Shown here one piece after another: positions 1 through 11,043 of a DNA stretch of 64,000 nucleotides (the first letter of the stretch is position 1; each line of letters starts with the position of its first letter). The stretch is taken from positions 1 through 64,000 of the forward strand of contig MCFE01000180.1 in the NCBI GenBank assembly GCA_002104905.1, in the 5' to 3' direction. A model generated the notes under the pieces. The model did no database searches and was not told the origin of the DNA. It worked only from the letters and a program-made list of their open reading frames with translations. This DNA is from Basidiobolus meristosporus CBS 931.73 (Eukaryota; Fungi; Basidiobolomycota). The translations under genes were made by a program, and so were the position numbers.

Positions 1-679
1 GAGAGATCGTTACTCTCAAGATTTACTTCGTTTATCAGAAACACCCCGTGTTACCCACTTTCTGCAAGATTATTGTATATCCAAGCCTATTTATTCCATT
101 CTCCAATTGCCCTGAACTCCAGTGTAATTTGGGATACTGCCTTGAGTTTAGCTTAGAATTCTATTTCATATTTTATTTAGTTTTACTATGGGAATTTGGA
201 GTTCCCAGCTTGCCTCTTTATTTGTAATTTGACTTGAACTAATTCAAATTAAGGCTTGACCTACATTAATGACTTTCCCACACTCATGAAGAACCTAGCT
301 TTCTAGCCACTCTTTGCAGTACTTTGGCTTCTTTAAACGCTGATATGGGAAGCTTACATATAACCAGCATTGATTATGATGCTCTTGGGCGTTCACTGCT
401 TCATCACCGGTGGATGATGAGAGGTTAGGGAGGCATTGGATAGTCAAACGATGAAAATTCGCAAGGAGCGGCTACGGATCTATCAAGCCGACCAATCCCA
501 GTTATTGGGTACTGTGGCGTTACGATGGATGCGCTACTGCGGAATATGCTGCTCGAAAGCCACACACTGGTGGATCATCCACGTCACCAAATGTGCCACT
601 ACAAAAGCTGCCTAATTACGAGTCCACACCCTTAACCACACTAAAACTAATAGCGTACTTCAGCTCCTCATTGACCACA

Positions 680-1519
680 ATGGCAAACGCCTCAACCGAA
701 TCCGATAGTCTTGTCTTTTACGACATTGCCATGCGTCCCCCGGTTACCAAAACTTGTTGTTCGCCGAATCCTTGGAAATCCCGCTATGCGCTTAACTTCA
801 AAAAAGTCCCATATTCTACCACATGGGTCCAGCTGCCGGACATCACAAAGGTGCGTCGCGAATTTGGCCTACCTGCTTCGCGCAAGTTAGCCGATGGATC
901 TGACTTCTACACACTTCCGATGCTCTCCGATCCCGCACACAATGCCAAACTCGGCGACTCCTTCGATATTGCCATCCACCTACAGAAGACATACCCGGAT
1001 TCCGGCTCAGGTGACCTGTTACCTCCCCAAAAACTCGACTACCGCTTCCCGCACGATTTGACAATGGTTGTGCCGCTCTCAGAACGTAATGACATCGAGT
1101 TCGCAGATTACTCTGTGTTCAACATGCACGTTGATGCAGCCTTCACAATACATTCGCAGCTCATGGCTCACGGTATCCCCTTCGATCCGACTATCGAACA
1201 CCTAGCCAAAGCGGAGTTCGTGCGCCGTGCTAACGCCACGTCCTGGGATGATCTAGCTTTGCGTGGCGAAGAGCGAGAAAAGCTCAAGAAATCTTTCTGC
1301 GACACGCTGGCACCGCTTGCAGACCTCTTTAAAAGGGAACCCAGTGGGCCGTTTCTGCTTGGGACACAGGCCAGCTATGCCGATTTTATTGTTGGCGGGT
1401 GGTTGAAAATGATGCAAGGAACCTTGCCTGAGGCAGAATGGGAAGAGGCAAAGGCGTGGCACGACGGCACCTTTGGCAAATTGCATGATGCTTTGCAGGT
1501 ATTTGCTGAGGTAAAGTAA
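680..1519 (+). CDS. Glutathione S-transferase, fungal GTE/LigE-etherase-like class (Fhb7-like), 279 aa, intronless
   Basis: First in-frame ATG of the 593..1519 ORF is at 680. Thioredoxin-like N-domain FYDIAMRPP..CCSPNPWKSRYALNFKKVPYSTTWVQLPDI, then TLP and GDSFDIAIHLQKTYP. C-domain GPFLLGTQASYADFIVGGWL..WHDGTFGKLHDAL. These match the LigE-like/fungal GST family as I recall it. Confidence 0.9.
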   Translation: MANASTESDSLVFYDIAMRPPVTKTCCSPNPWKSRYALNFKKVPYSTTWVQLPDITKVRREFGLPASRKLADGSDFYTLPMLSDPAHNAKLGDSFDIAIHLQKTYPDSGSGDLLPPQKLDYRFPHDLTMVVPLSERNDIEFADYSVFNMHVDAAFTIHSQLMAHGIPFDPTIEHLAKAEFVRRANATSWDDLALRGEEREKLKKSFCDTLAPLADLFKREPSGPFLLGTQASYADFIVGGWLKMMQGTLPEAEWEEAKAWHDGTFGKLHDALQVFAEVK

Positions 1520-2446
1520 TACACCGGAATCGATTGGCAAGATATATTTTCAACGCCCTTTGGCATATTGTAATGCTATATATTTCACTGAAGTAAATGG
1601 CCAGCCAGTCATCCTTATTATAGAAGAGAGGATTATTCGTTCATCAAAATAAACAAGTGAACTATCTGCGTTGGTTTAGTCCTGTCTAGTTCCCTGACCA
1701 AGGATAAATATGTCCGGTTTCTCCAAATCCCTCTTCCATTGGCCTTATTGCCATCCGGTTCTTTTCTGGTAGGAATGGCGCTCCCTTTGTGCCTTGTGCA
1801 GCCCTTCGTGCCAACATTTTGGGCACCGCCAACGCCATTTGTATTGGATTTGGAAATATGGGGATCCCTTTAGTGTTCAGTGTCCTGGCCCACGTTTTGG
1901 TCCAGAACAAGCATGACGTCACACAGCTTTGAACTAGCCCACATATTTCCACTGTTGCACTCGCAGAAGTGCCATTCTACTCTGGATTAACCTATCAGAG
2001 CGGTGCGATCTTTTTTATAAGCTTACTCGCATTGCCCCAACCCCATTTTGTGTATGTTATGTTGTAAATATTCAGTTTACACCTAAACCATTTATATAAC
2101 GTAAGATTCTACTTGGCTCAATACAGCACCAAGTGAATATCACGCATTTCTTCTAGTTCTCGAAATCACTTCCAACACTCCCTAGAATCTTGCAACATGT
2201 TAGACTTTGATTTGTAATGTATTTGGCTTGTTTTTCAAGGTCAATTGAAACAGTGATTGGATAACTAGGCATTGTCTTCTTTGATGTATGTCTGAGCCCT
2301 GTTTGTACCGGTGGCCAATAGGCCATAAGCTTTATGCAGTCATCATATCTTGGGTATCTTGTAAGAAAAATATCAAATATGCATTGATACCCAACATCAA
2401 AATCCACCGCACACATTAAAGGTGATAATAACCAAGTTGATCCTGT

Positions 2447-2793
2447 TGTTGTAAGAGCTTTGGAGATATTGGAAGTGATTGGGAGAACAAGCAGATTATG
2501 TGGTTTTCACTTAATGATTTATTGAATGTAAAAGTGGTATTTATACTTTTACATGGTCTTGGCAAAACAAACGCGTAGAATATGTTTAGGAAGGTCCCAA
2601 GAACATGTGTGCAAAGTTTGGTGCTGGTTGGACATCCTTGAGAAATTTCATGTTCTGGGTACCTGATGTTTTGGTGAAAATATTCCAAGTAAATCCCGAC
2701 AAGGAATTTGGTCAGTATTCTCTAAGATTTGTAGGTAATGATCTGTGACTAAGTTAGGTGAATATTTAGGTGGAGTTCCGAATTTTTACAACA
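2447..2793 (-). mobile_element. Solo LTR, Copia family A
   Basis: TGTTGTAAGAG...TTTTTACAACA, about 347 bp, colinear with the LTRs at 40487 and 44820. No clean TSD; GATCC/GATAC would fit if the start is 2444. Confidence 0.9.
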
Positions 2794-3079
2794 GATACCA
2801 TGGTGTTTGCTTAGTAACGGGTTACTTTGACTGGAGAATGCCTTCTCTAGCCCCCGGAACTTTGTCCACATTCACTTGGGATCTTCCTAAGCATACTATT
2901 TGTTCTTGTTTTGCCAAGACCATGTCAAAGTATTTATACCACTCTGCATCCAATCAATCACTTAGTGAAGACCGCAAAATCTAATTGTACTCCCAAGCAC
3001 TTCTGGTATCTCCAAAACTCTCAAAACAAATAGAAGCATGTAAATATCTAGCTAAATACTGCCTTAATCTATTGATTTG

Positions 3080-3200
3080 AATGTTCATATGGAAACAGAT
3101 CTATAATGCCAATTTGATGTATCTCCAGCTAATATACAAAGAGTTTGTAATGGGACTTGAGCAGCTTTGACAAGCATAAAACTGAATGCATTGATCCCTA
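3080..3200 (+). pseudogene. Short relic of CACTA/En-Spm transposase
   Basis: AATGCCAATTTGATGTATCT..AAGAGTTTGTAATGGGACTTGAGCAGC aligns by eye with the reverse complement of about 23180-23290. Confidence 0.55.
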
Positions 3201-5888
3201 AGTCTTTAGAATTGTGAAGCCAAGTGGTTCAAATGTGTGTATAATAATTTGGGTATGGGTAGACAGGGTCTGATTCAAGTGCCCGGAAAACACTTTCAGG
3301 ATCTTATCAAGATATTGGCAAAAAGACCATGAATGCCAAGGTGCCGGTGTTCTGAAAGTGTCTTGATGGGATCCTGATGGTCTGATCCAGGTCTCCTAAG
3401 TGCTTCCAGTATCTCCAAAATCACCGCAGTGAGGTTCACATGTCTTTATTTTGCAGTAAAAATTGTAGTTGTATGCATTTGTGAGACCGCGCTGATACAA
3501 AAAACATAATAACACTTATCTAATCCTTTCAACCAAAAAATCCATGCTTAGGTGGGTTAAACCCTCCAGTTCATGAATATTCGGGCTTCCACGACCTGTC
3601 GAATTTCTATAACCATTTGATAAAAGCAAGCACAATCGATTTCCACCAGCACAAGCTAGAAAACCATTCTGCTGATAACTGGAGTGCGATCGATGGATCG
3701 CTTATACACCTGCTGACGAGCATTTCACTAGTAACCTGAGGGGTATTCCCACCTGTGTGACAGTTTGTATCTTATGAGATAACTGACACAAATGAATATT
3801 ATCACCATGACGCAGCGTAGAGATAAAGTAGAAAATCACAACAAACGGTATTATGGCACATCGAAATTCGGTGGGATACGATAGTCTGCCGATGGATGGA
3901 CCGAAAATCACGACGTCTATGCGTGAGCACGGGATGTTCGTATACAATTGTCACTTCATACAAACTGCAAGCTCGCTACCGCGGCTCCATATGACGGGAT
4001 TGTTGGCCTAGCGAAGTCCACTGGATTCAGAACCCCAGGTTGGGACCAACCCATTTATTGATTGATAATGGGGCTACTGACGATGCATGCTAGCCCCCGC
4101 ACCAGCACCATGTCCATCCCATGAAGCGGCACGAGTACCCTCCGACACATGGACTGATGACTACCATCATAAATGTCAGTTGGCTGTTCTTCACTTACCA
4201 TCGACGAATAAAAATCCGGCGTTTTCCACCTGGAGATCCTACTAATGCAAGGTTGGACCGACACTCGGCAAGGTGTTGACTTCAATTGAGGTGAATCTCC
4301 AAAATTCCTCGGGATTCCGATTAGATGCACTTGGCTAGAGTGGTCGGGGGTTGGCCTTTCCACCATACGTGAGCTTGGTCACACCAATATCAATGCAGGT
4401 TAGAACTTGGCAAAGTTGATGCTTTTGACAACCTCGATGACTCTTCGTAAACGCGGAATTACCGAAAGGATAGAGTTTCTCGAAGATATGCACCTGACGG
4501 ACCACATGATTTCCGCATTTATCGGCGATTAGAAACCAGCCCATTTATAGGCAACAAAGCGCGCACCTCTGTCCAAGTTTCAGCGCACTCCATCCCAACA
4601 GTCTCGCCACCTGTAGAGGCTCACAATCCTACCTAGTAGTACATTGCTTTGACCTGGTTGAAACTATCCCATGGCATTCCCGGTATTAACCAGAATACAA
4701 CATTTATCTGGATTGGATATTTCACAAGATAGGCCGCTGTCTGGTATGTGTCTTTGAATCCCATTTAGCTGACTGCGGGCATTAGAACAATCAGCCCCTT
4801 GTCGGAAGCATTGTATCAAGGCCCTTCTAGTATCTAGCCAGCGGAAATCGTTGATGGACAATCAGAATACCTTACAAATCTAATGTCAGGTGCCACATTG
4901 GCGTATACAACGCTTTGTTGATGGTGATCTTCATCCACCCTCATCTTATGCAAAGTATGAAATCCAGCCGTTGATTCGCTCACAAATTATGGGCAATCCC
5001 AAAATTTTCGCCAGAAGTGATGTAGAATAGCATCATGTGGATGGGGTAGAAGAGCCAGTAGAAATACCGCCAAACACCCAAGTTCGAAATTGTCAATGGG
5101 GGTTAGTTCGGTTACTCTGTCGGCCGAAGGTCCACAAGTTGCACGGCTCACCATCACGCCAGCAATCGATCCTTTCTTGGGAGCATGATATCCAGAGTCG
5201 GCTCGCGGATCGTGGATGAGAGACCAGGCGGTTGCACACCGCGCTACAAACAGCATCAAGTGAGTGCCGGAGTACCGACGCGTGGCCTGCACGCTTATGC
5301 CGTGTCAGAATGTTGGCCGGCAATTGATTGAAATCAACCATGTAATAATTCCGCAATCAATGACCTTCAAACAATTTAAAGTCCCCGAATGTAGCCCGAT
5401 CAATATGTGGGAGAGTGGCTCAGGCTGATTCAGGCCCAACTGTTGAGTCCAGTCTCAGAGCACTGTAACAACCTGGGTAGAAGCCAAGCATCCAATGGCA
5501 TGGATCAGGCTAGGTACACGTTGCTAGCAGAAGTGAAAAGCAATGGGCTACGACGAGCTTCTGGACCGAGATATGCCAATCAAAGTTCGGTTCGAAGTGA
5601 GCCAGTAGACTAGACCTGGCGAGGAATCCAATACAAAGTTTGGATTCTGGCACCCAAGTATCGCCCGACGTGAAACGCCATCACGTGATCGCCTCCTCTG
5701 TAACCCAAGTCCATGTCCAAACCTGCCTGGCTTTAAATATCTGAGCATGCGCCGCGCTTGATATCAACAATCCCTAACTGATTAGTTCGCACGCCAATCT
5801 ATTTATTTATTTAGTTGCAGCCGGCGCTCCATTGTACCGACCCCTCCCTTTCCAAAGATCCTGTTCATTGTCCAGAGTCTTTGCGGCG

Positions 5889-7392
5889 ATGAGAACGCCT
5901 ATTGTCGTGATCCTCGTGCTAGTCTTTCTGGCCCACCTGGACATCGTGTGCAGCCAAAATGGGGATTACATTATTGTCACTGAATCCAACGCGGACTATG
6001 TATATGCCACTGTAACCGAGGGAGTGCCCGAATATGCCACTGTTAGCGGTGAAGGGTTCGAATACGTCACTCTGAATGGTCCAGAAAAGACGACCATGGA
6101 GACATCTAGTGTAGCGCAAGCCATGCCCACAAGTTCGCAGCTGCCGTACCAGCTCATAAACTACCACGGTGAACCTATGCTGGCATCCCCGAAGCAGGTG
6201 CTGGACCACGAAGCCGTAAAACAGGGAGAAAAGCTCCAGGAGGCCACCGACAAGGATCTGCTGGCCGGCGAGTTCGACGGGGTGGAGAACGAGAACACCG
6301 ATGAGTTGCTTCGTTATGCCGAGCAAGTAGCCAAAGAACGTGAGTCCAAGCTACGCCTGGGCCAGCAGTTTCTAAACGGTACCTGGGTCAGCAAGCCATA
6401 CAACACGACCTTCATTGATCCCAGGGTCCAGAAGTGGTTGAGGTTGCACGCGAACTACGCTGCGGCCGCCTACTGCTTCAAATTCAGTTTGTTGGACTGG
6501 TCCTGCCCGGACAAGTGCGTAGGGAACATGAATGTGCTGCAGTATTTCAGTAGCTTCTTGAGCGGGGTTGCTGGCTATGTGGGAGTCGATCGCGATCTAA
6601 GGAAGATCGTGGTCGCCTTTCGTGGGTACGTGTTGGACTGAAGTGACTTTCCTCTCCACTGAGATTAACCAATTTCCATCCACCAAAGCTCCCTGAATCT
6701 GCGGAACTGGATCTACAACACGGATATCATCCGATTGCCTCTGCACTACCCGGGCGCCTCTCCTGGGGTTCGGGTCCACGGGGGTTTCCTGAAGGCCTAC
6801 CAGGGCTTGAAGAACCAGGTCCGACAGGGAATGGAGAAAGTGTTCGCGCTGATCACCAAGGACAACGAGGACGTTTCTGACTACCAGGTGATCGTGACCG
6901 GGCACTCATTGGTACGTTTCATGAGCCTAGCAGCTGTGTACGTCTGGAATACTTAACCACTATGAATAGGGAGCAGCGGTTGCCGTACACGGCGCCCTCG
7001 ACATTAGGCAATACTTTCTGCTAAAATACCGGCTAGATCCGGAGAAGTTCTTCCTCCACACGTACGCCTCCCCACGAGCCGGTAACAAGGCATTCGGCCA
7101 GCTGGTGCTGGAGACCTTTTCCAATGGCGAGCCTTCCCTGAACCTGATCCGAGTGACCAACAACGCGGACCCAGTGCCGCATGTACCGCCCGTCCTGTTT
7201 GGCTACTCCCACTACCCACACGAAGTCTGGGTAAGGAACGTCTCGAGCACCGAGGCGCAGACCATCGATTGCAAAGACAAACTCCCCATCGGGTTTCGTG
7301 AAGACCCTCACTGCAACGGGGGGAAGCTGGCCCTGAACATTGCCGAGCATACACGCGCGTGGGACCTTATTTTCAGTAGCAGCACTTGCTAG
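5889..7392 (+). CDS. Secreted class 3 triacylglycerol lipase with long pro-region; exons 5889-6625, 6689-6911, 6970-7392 (460 aa)
   Basis: Signal peptide MRTPIVVILVLVFLAHLDIVCS. Two GTACGT..AG introns (63 and 58 nt, TTAAC branch sites). Splicing restores VAFRG|SLNLRNWI, VHGGFLKAY, GHSL|GAAVA (nucleophile elbow), TYASPRAGN, RVTNNADPVPHVP (Asp) and EH (His). Confidence 0.92.
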
Positions 7393-7822
7393 CTTGGTCT
7401 AGCGGCACACCACTCATGATATAGACATAAATCCAATAAACTTCACCCGCTTGCAGCTTCCAAGGCTGTGGCAGGCACATGCATCCCGGTTTAGCAACTT
7501 ACTGATAGATAGCCGACACCTATCCCTTTCCAAGACGAATTTCATTGGTCGTCGGACCGAGGGGATCATGTGACTCGGGGGAGGGGTTTCATCATGGAGT
7601 AGGGCAGGGCTTATTAGGTAATAATGATTATGAGATGAGAATCCCCACGACATGAATCGACCATGTGAATATGAAGTCAGTGGGAATCTATCCCTCGCAC
7701 ACGCACGGTTTCTCTTTAAAGGCCCTCTCACCAAAGGTATGCTTCGCAAGTGTTAGTAACGACCACCTTCTTCGATACAACTTTTCCCACCTACCCTTTC
7801 CACACCACAACCCAGCTCCAGT

Positions 7823-8360
7823 ATGGCCAGCTTCGAGGCAGTAGAGGAGGTGCTCCGTGAAACCCAGCGGTACGAGATGTTCGGCGGACATACCTGGAGA
7901 AGGGTGAAACTACTCTCAGTGTCGCCAGATTGTTGCGTGTTCCAATTGACAGTACAGCCGGAGGATGCGAACCCGATAGGTGGTCTGCATGGGGCGTGCA
8001 TTGCCCAGTTGATCGATATGGGCACTTCAGTACTGGTGAAGTGCATGAGCGGTAAGGACCCCTGTCTAAGCGTAGCGCTCATTCCCTAGCTAACCGGTAG
8101 CTCTTTTTTCTTTCTACGCACACCCAGAGACCGGGTTCCAGTACGGTGCCGGGGTATCCACAGAGCTGAATATCTCCTTTGTGACCGGAGCGGTCGTAGG
8201 GGACATCCTAGAGATCGAGTGCAAGGTGGTTAAACGCGGGAAATACCTGGCCTACACCATGACCCAACTGAAGAGGGTCACCCCCAACAAGAAGCCTGCA
8301 GTGGTGGCGTTCGGGGGCCACACGAAATTCAATCTGGACACTCGACCCAATAATCTATAA
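7823..8360 (+). CDS. Hotdog-fold acyl-CoA thioesterase (ACOT13/THEM2/PaaI-like); exons 7823-8051, 8128-8360 (153 aa)
   Basis: NPIGGLHGACIAQLIDMGTS motif. GTAAGG..CAG intron of 76 nt. Exon 2 reads GVSTELNISFV..ECKVVKRGKYLAY..VAFGGHTKF, stop TAA at 8358-8360. Confidence 0.9.
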
Positions 8361-8714
8361 CCTCGCCAGCCTTGTATATTTATTTTAAAAACGAACGAAC
8401 GGCGTACAATAAATAGGGATGTTTTCAACCTGGTGGTTACAGGAACTTGGCATGTCGATGCGGACCAGTGACAAGGAAGGGTCGCTTGGTCACCAGGATA
8501 GGTCGATCAGCATACGCTACTACCAGTCTTGGCAAAGAAGTGGTGGCGACCGGGATGGAGGGTCTTGCAACTGACGTGTATTCCAAGACGCAGATTCGAG
8601 GTGGCGGAAAGTCCGAATATGATTACATGGGCCCTGGCTTGGCGGCTAACGAATAAATAAATACATGTACAAATAACTATAAATATAGCGGCATCTCTCC
8701 ACGTTCACATTATT

Positions 8715-9710
8715 CTACAGTGCTCTGAGCTGTTCGTCAATCGATAGAGTATCGAATCTACTAGATGTGTCCAGATGTAAGCGCATTGCAAGGGACGGCT
8801 GCTTGAAGCTGTCGGACGAGGCGGTGTCGCAGCATTTAGTCTTGGTGCTATGGTACAACGCCCATAACGCAGGGTCGAACGTGAAGGCGATGGCGTTCAG
8901 CACGCCCTGCAGGCCAGGTCCGGTGGCAGCCATGATCAGGATTGCAAACGGGATTTCGCCGTGAGTGTATCCGTACATAGAAGCAACAAATATCGAGGAC
9001 TGGGTGATGATCGGCACTATGGCGTAGGCTAGGATCCTACTTACGGCATAGTTGACCAGCTTCAGCTGGTGGCATTGCTCCACAGTGAGCTTGCTCTCCA
9101 TGGAAAACTGTTCCTGAGAAATCTGCCGCTTGCGTATCAGCAGTCTTCGCGCCACAAAGATCACAACCAACAGGCTGTAGATGACACTGGCGACTACCCA
9201 GAAATAGAACGTGCACCACAGCCAGATCAGCGTTAGCCTGTCGTCCTGGTTCAGGTACCAGCAGGAATTGAACTTGGGGTCGAAGCCGAACTTCCCCAGC
9301 ACCAAAGGCCAGCCACTCAGAAACAGCGCTGAGCAGACGGAGATGAGGACGAAGGTGGTTTCGAATTGCCGGATGTTTTGCTTTCCGTGGATGAAGACGA
9401 TCTGCAGGTTGAACGCGATGGTGGCGGTCAGGAAGATGAACATCAGGTTGAAGTACACCGATCCCCAGGTACTGTACACGCATGAGAAATCCGACTTGCT
9501 AGAGTGGTAGCCGGCCATCATGCTCGTGTGGTAGCCTATGTCCGACAGCGCGATCAAGAACGCCAATCTGAAGGAAACCCGATCGGCAAACTTTCTATGA
9601 AACAAGAAGATCGCCAGTACCGTGAACACTATCAGCAATGACGCAACGACCGACAGCCCATTGAGGGAGTATGCCAATTTGTTGTATGCGAATTCCTGGC
9701 TCTTTTCCAT
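8715..9710 (-). CDS. Seven-transmembrane GPCR, Git3/cAMP-receptor-like family (331 aa, intronless)
   Basis: First ATG of the ORF is at 9710. Seven hydrophobic helices, RxSFRL..LIALSD in TM2, Cys at the top of TM3, ECL2 ..SCWY, RILAYAIVPII (TM6), LQGVLNAIAF..DP (TM7). Confidence 0.85.
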   Translation of the reverse strand: MEKSQEFAYNKLAYSLNGLSVVASLLIVFTVLAIFLFHRKFADRVSFRLAFLIALSDIGYHTSMMAGYHSSKSDFSCVYSTWGSVYFNLMFIFLTATIAFNLQIVFIHGKQNIRQFETTFVLISVCSALFLSGWPLVLGKFGFDPKFNSCWYLNQDDRLTLIWLWCTFYFWVVASVIYSLLVVIFVARRLLIRKRQISQEQFSMESKLTVEQCHQLKLVNYAVSRILAYAIVPIITQSSIFVASMYGYTHGEIPFAILIMAATGPGLQGVLNAIAFTFDPALWALYHSTKTKCCDTASSDSFKQPSLAMRLHLDTSSRFDTLSIDEQLRAL

Positions 9711-11043
9711 AGCTAGATGTAGCAAGATTACACTACCTCGGTCAATCGCAGATCCCAAATGGAAGTTCAACCGCAGAGGTGGTTTGTGGTGTAGGCAGGT
9801 CTAAGCAGCAAGAGGAGGGTGGGCTTTGGGATTACGGCTCTGAGCCTGACGGCAACTAGTCTTTATAGAAATTGCGCTGGTACGATGTGAGCTGCCGTCC
9901 ACCATTACCAAAACCCACCTGTTGCCTTCGCCACACCTGCCAATCACCTGGCCTGGCGGAATCCCACTCTGCCGGATTGGCTGCAGATGACACCGATGAC
10001 AGTTCGCCTCAAGTGCAGCATCTCCACAGAACTAACCATTGATGAGCACACATGCCCTGGCTGGCCAACCAGGTCTCCATGACGTCCCATTGCATGAACG
10101 GCTTTGCGCACTCCTCTCGAGAGAAACCGTGTGTGGATCGATTCCAGACCAAGATTTGCCCATCCGTTGGTGCCCTCAGGCTTCTGCAATGTGTATGGCC
10201 CACCACCATGTCCACTCTGACCATAGCTCCCCGGGCGATCGCTGGATCCTGTAATTCACCTTGATCTCCACCACACCAATCATCGTCGGTGTGAAAGTGC
10301 TGCCCCCTACCTAACCTGGCCAACGCCGAAATTGTGACTTTACTTGCACCAGACATTGTGACTGTATCAATCCCAGCAGCACACGACCAATGCAGTAGCC
10401 CGACGGTGTTCGAGAAGTGGTACGACTTCCACGAAGCCCTTCGACGGGTGCACCTTCCATACATCCCAACCACCAATCAAACCCCACCCCCGGTCGGGTG
10501 CTCACCATTCACCGGTCATTCCAGGCGGGCCAGAGGGATGCTCCCCACCAGCTTATCTATGCCAAGGCTCTGGCTCGAGATTGGCATCTGGTCGTCGCAT
10601 GTTTACAAACCGACCCACCACATTGGCCACCCATTGACACTTAACACAACGAGTGTTTCATGCAGCGGTGTTGTTTTTCGAGAGGCTGGAATTTGCCATG
10701 GGCCATCCCGGTAAAGTACGCTGGACAAAAATACCATGTGCAATGATGATGGATGTTGAACAGATTAGGAAATGAACAGTATATTTATATTGATTAATGT
10801 GCAATTAGATGGTCCTCTACCTTTCACCGATTAATCAATGTTGGGCGAGGATGAGTAAAGCCGATGAAGGGACATTAATGGAGGTTGGCTGGACGACCAA
10901 CACACCTGGCCCACCGAGAGTCTCTCTTTCATCACAAGGATCGTGGTATCTCGGTGAGTAAGGCATAGAATGAAAAAAGGGTCAACCAAAGGGTTTGCTA
11001 AGGTGGAAAGCTCTAGGTACAATAGCCACGGTTCGCTTCAGGC

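Noticed and set aside
570-582. Palindrome GTGGAT-C-ATCCAC upstream of the GST
   Set aside because: Six-bp arms are expected many times by chance in 64 kb; no independent support.
593-679. Longer GST start (308 aa) from the ORF track
   Set aside because: It uses a non-ATG start, and family similarity begins only after the ATG at 680.
1686-1952. 88-aa minus-strand ORF next to the GST
   Set aside because: Non-ATG start and no recognisable motif.
3700-5750. Several 60-100 aa ORFs between the TE relic and the lipase
   Set aside because: No motifs and no splice pattern I could join into a protein; may be a decayed gene.
9900-10750. Overlapping short ORFs between GPCR and ANKRD13, with a faint DDE-like TVFEKW
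   Set aside because: Too little similarity; no TIRs or catalytic motifs.
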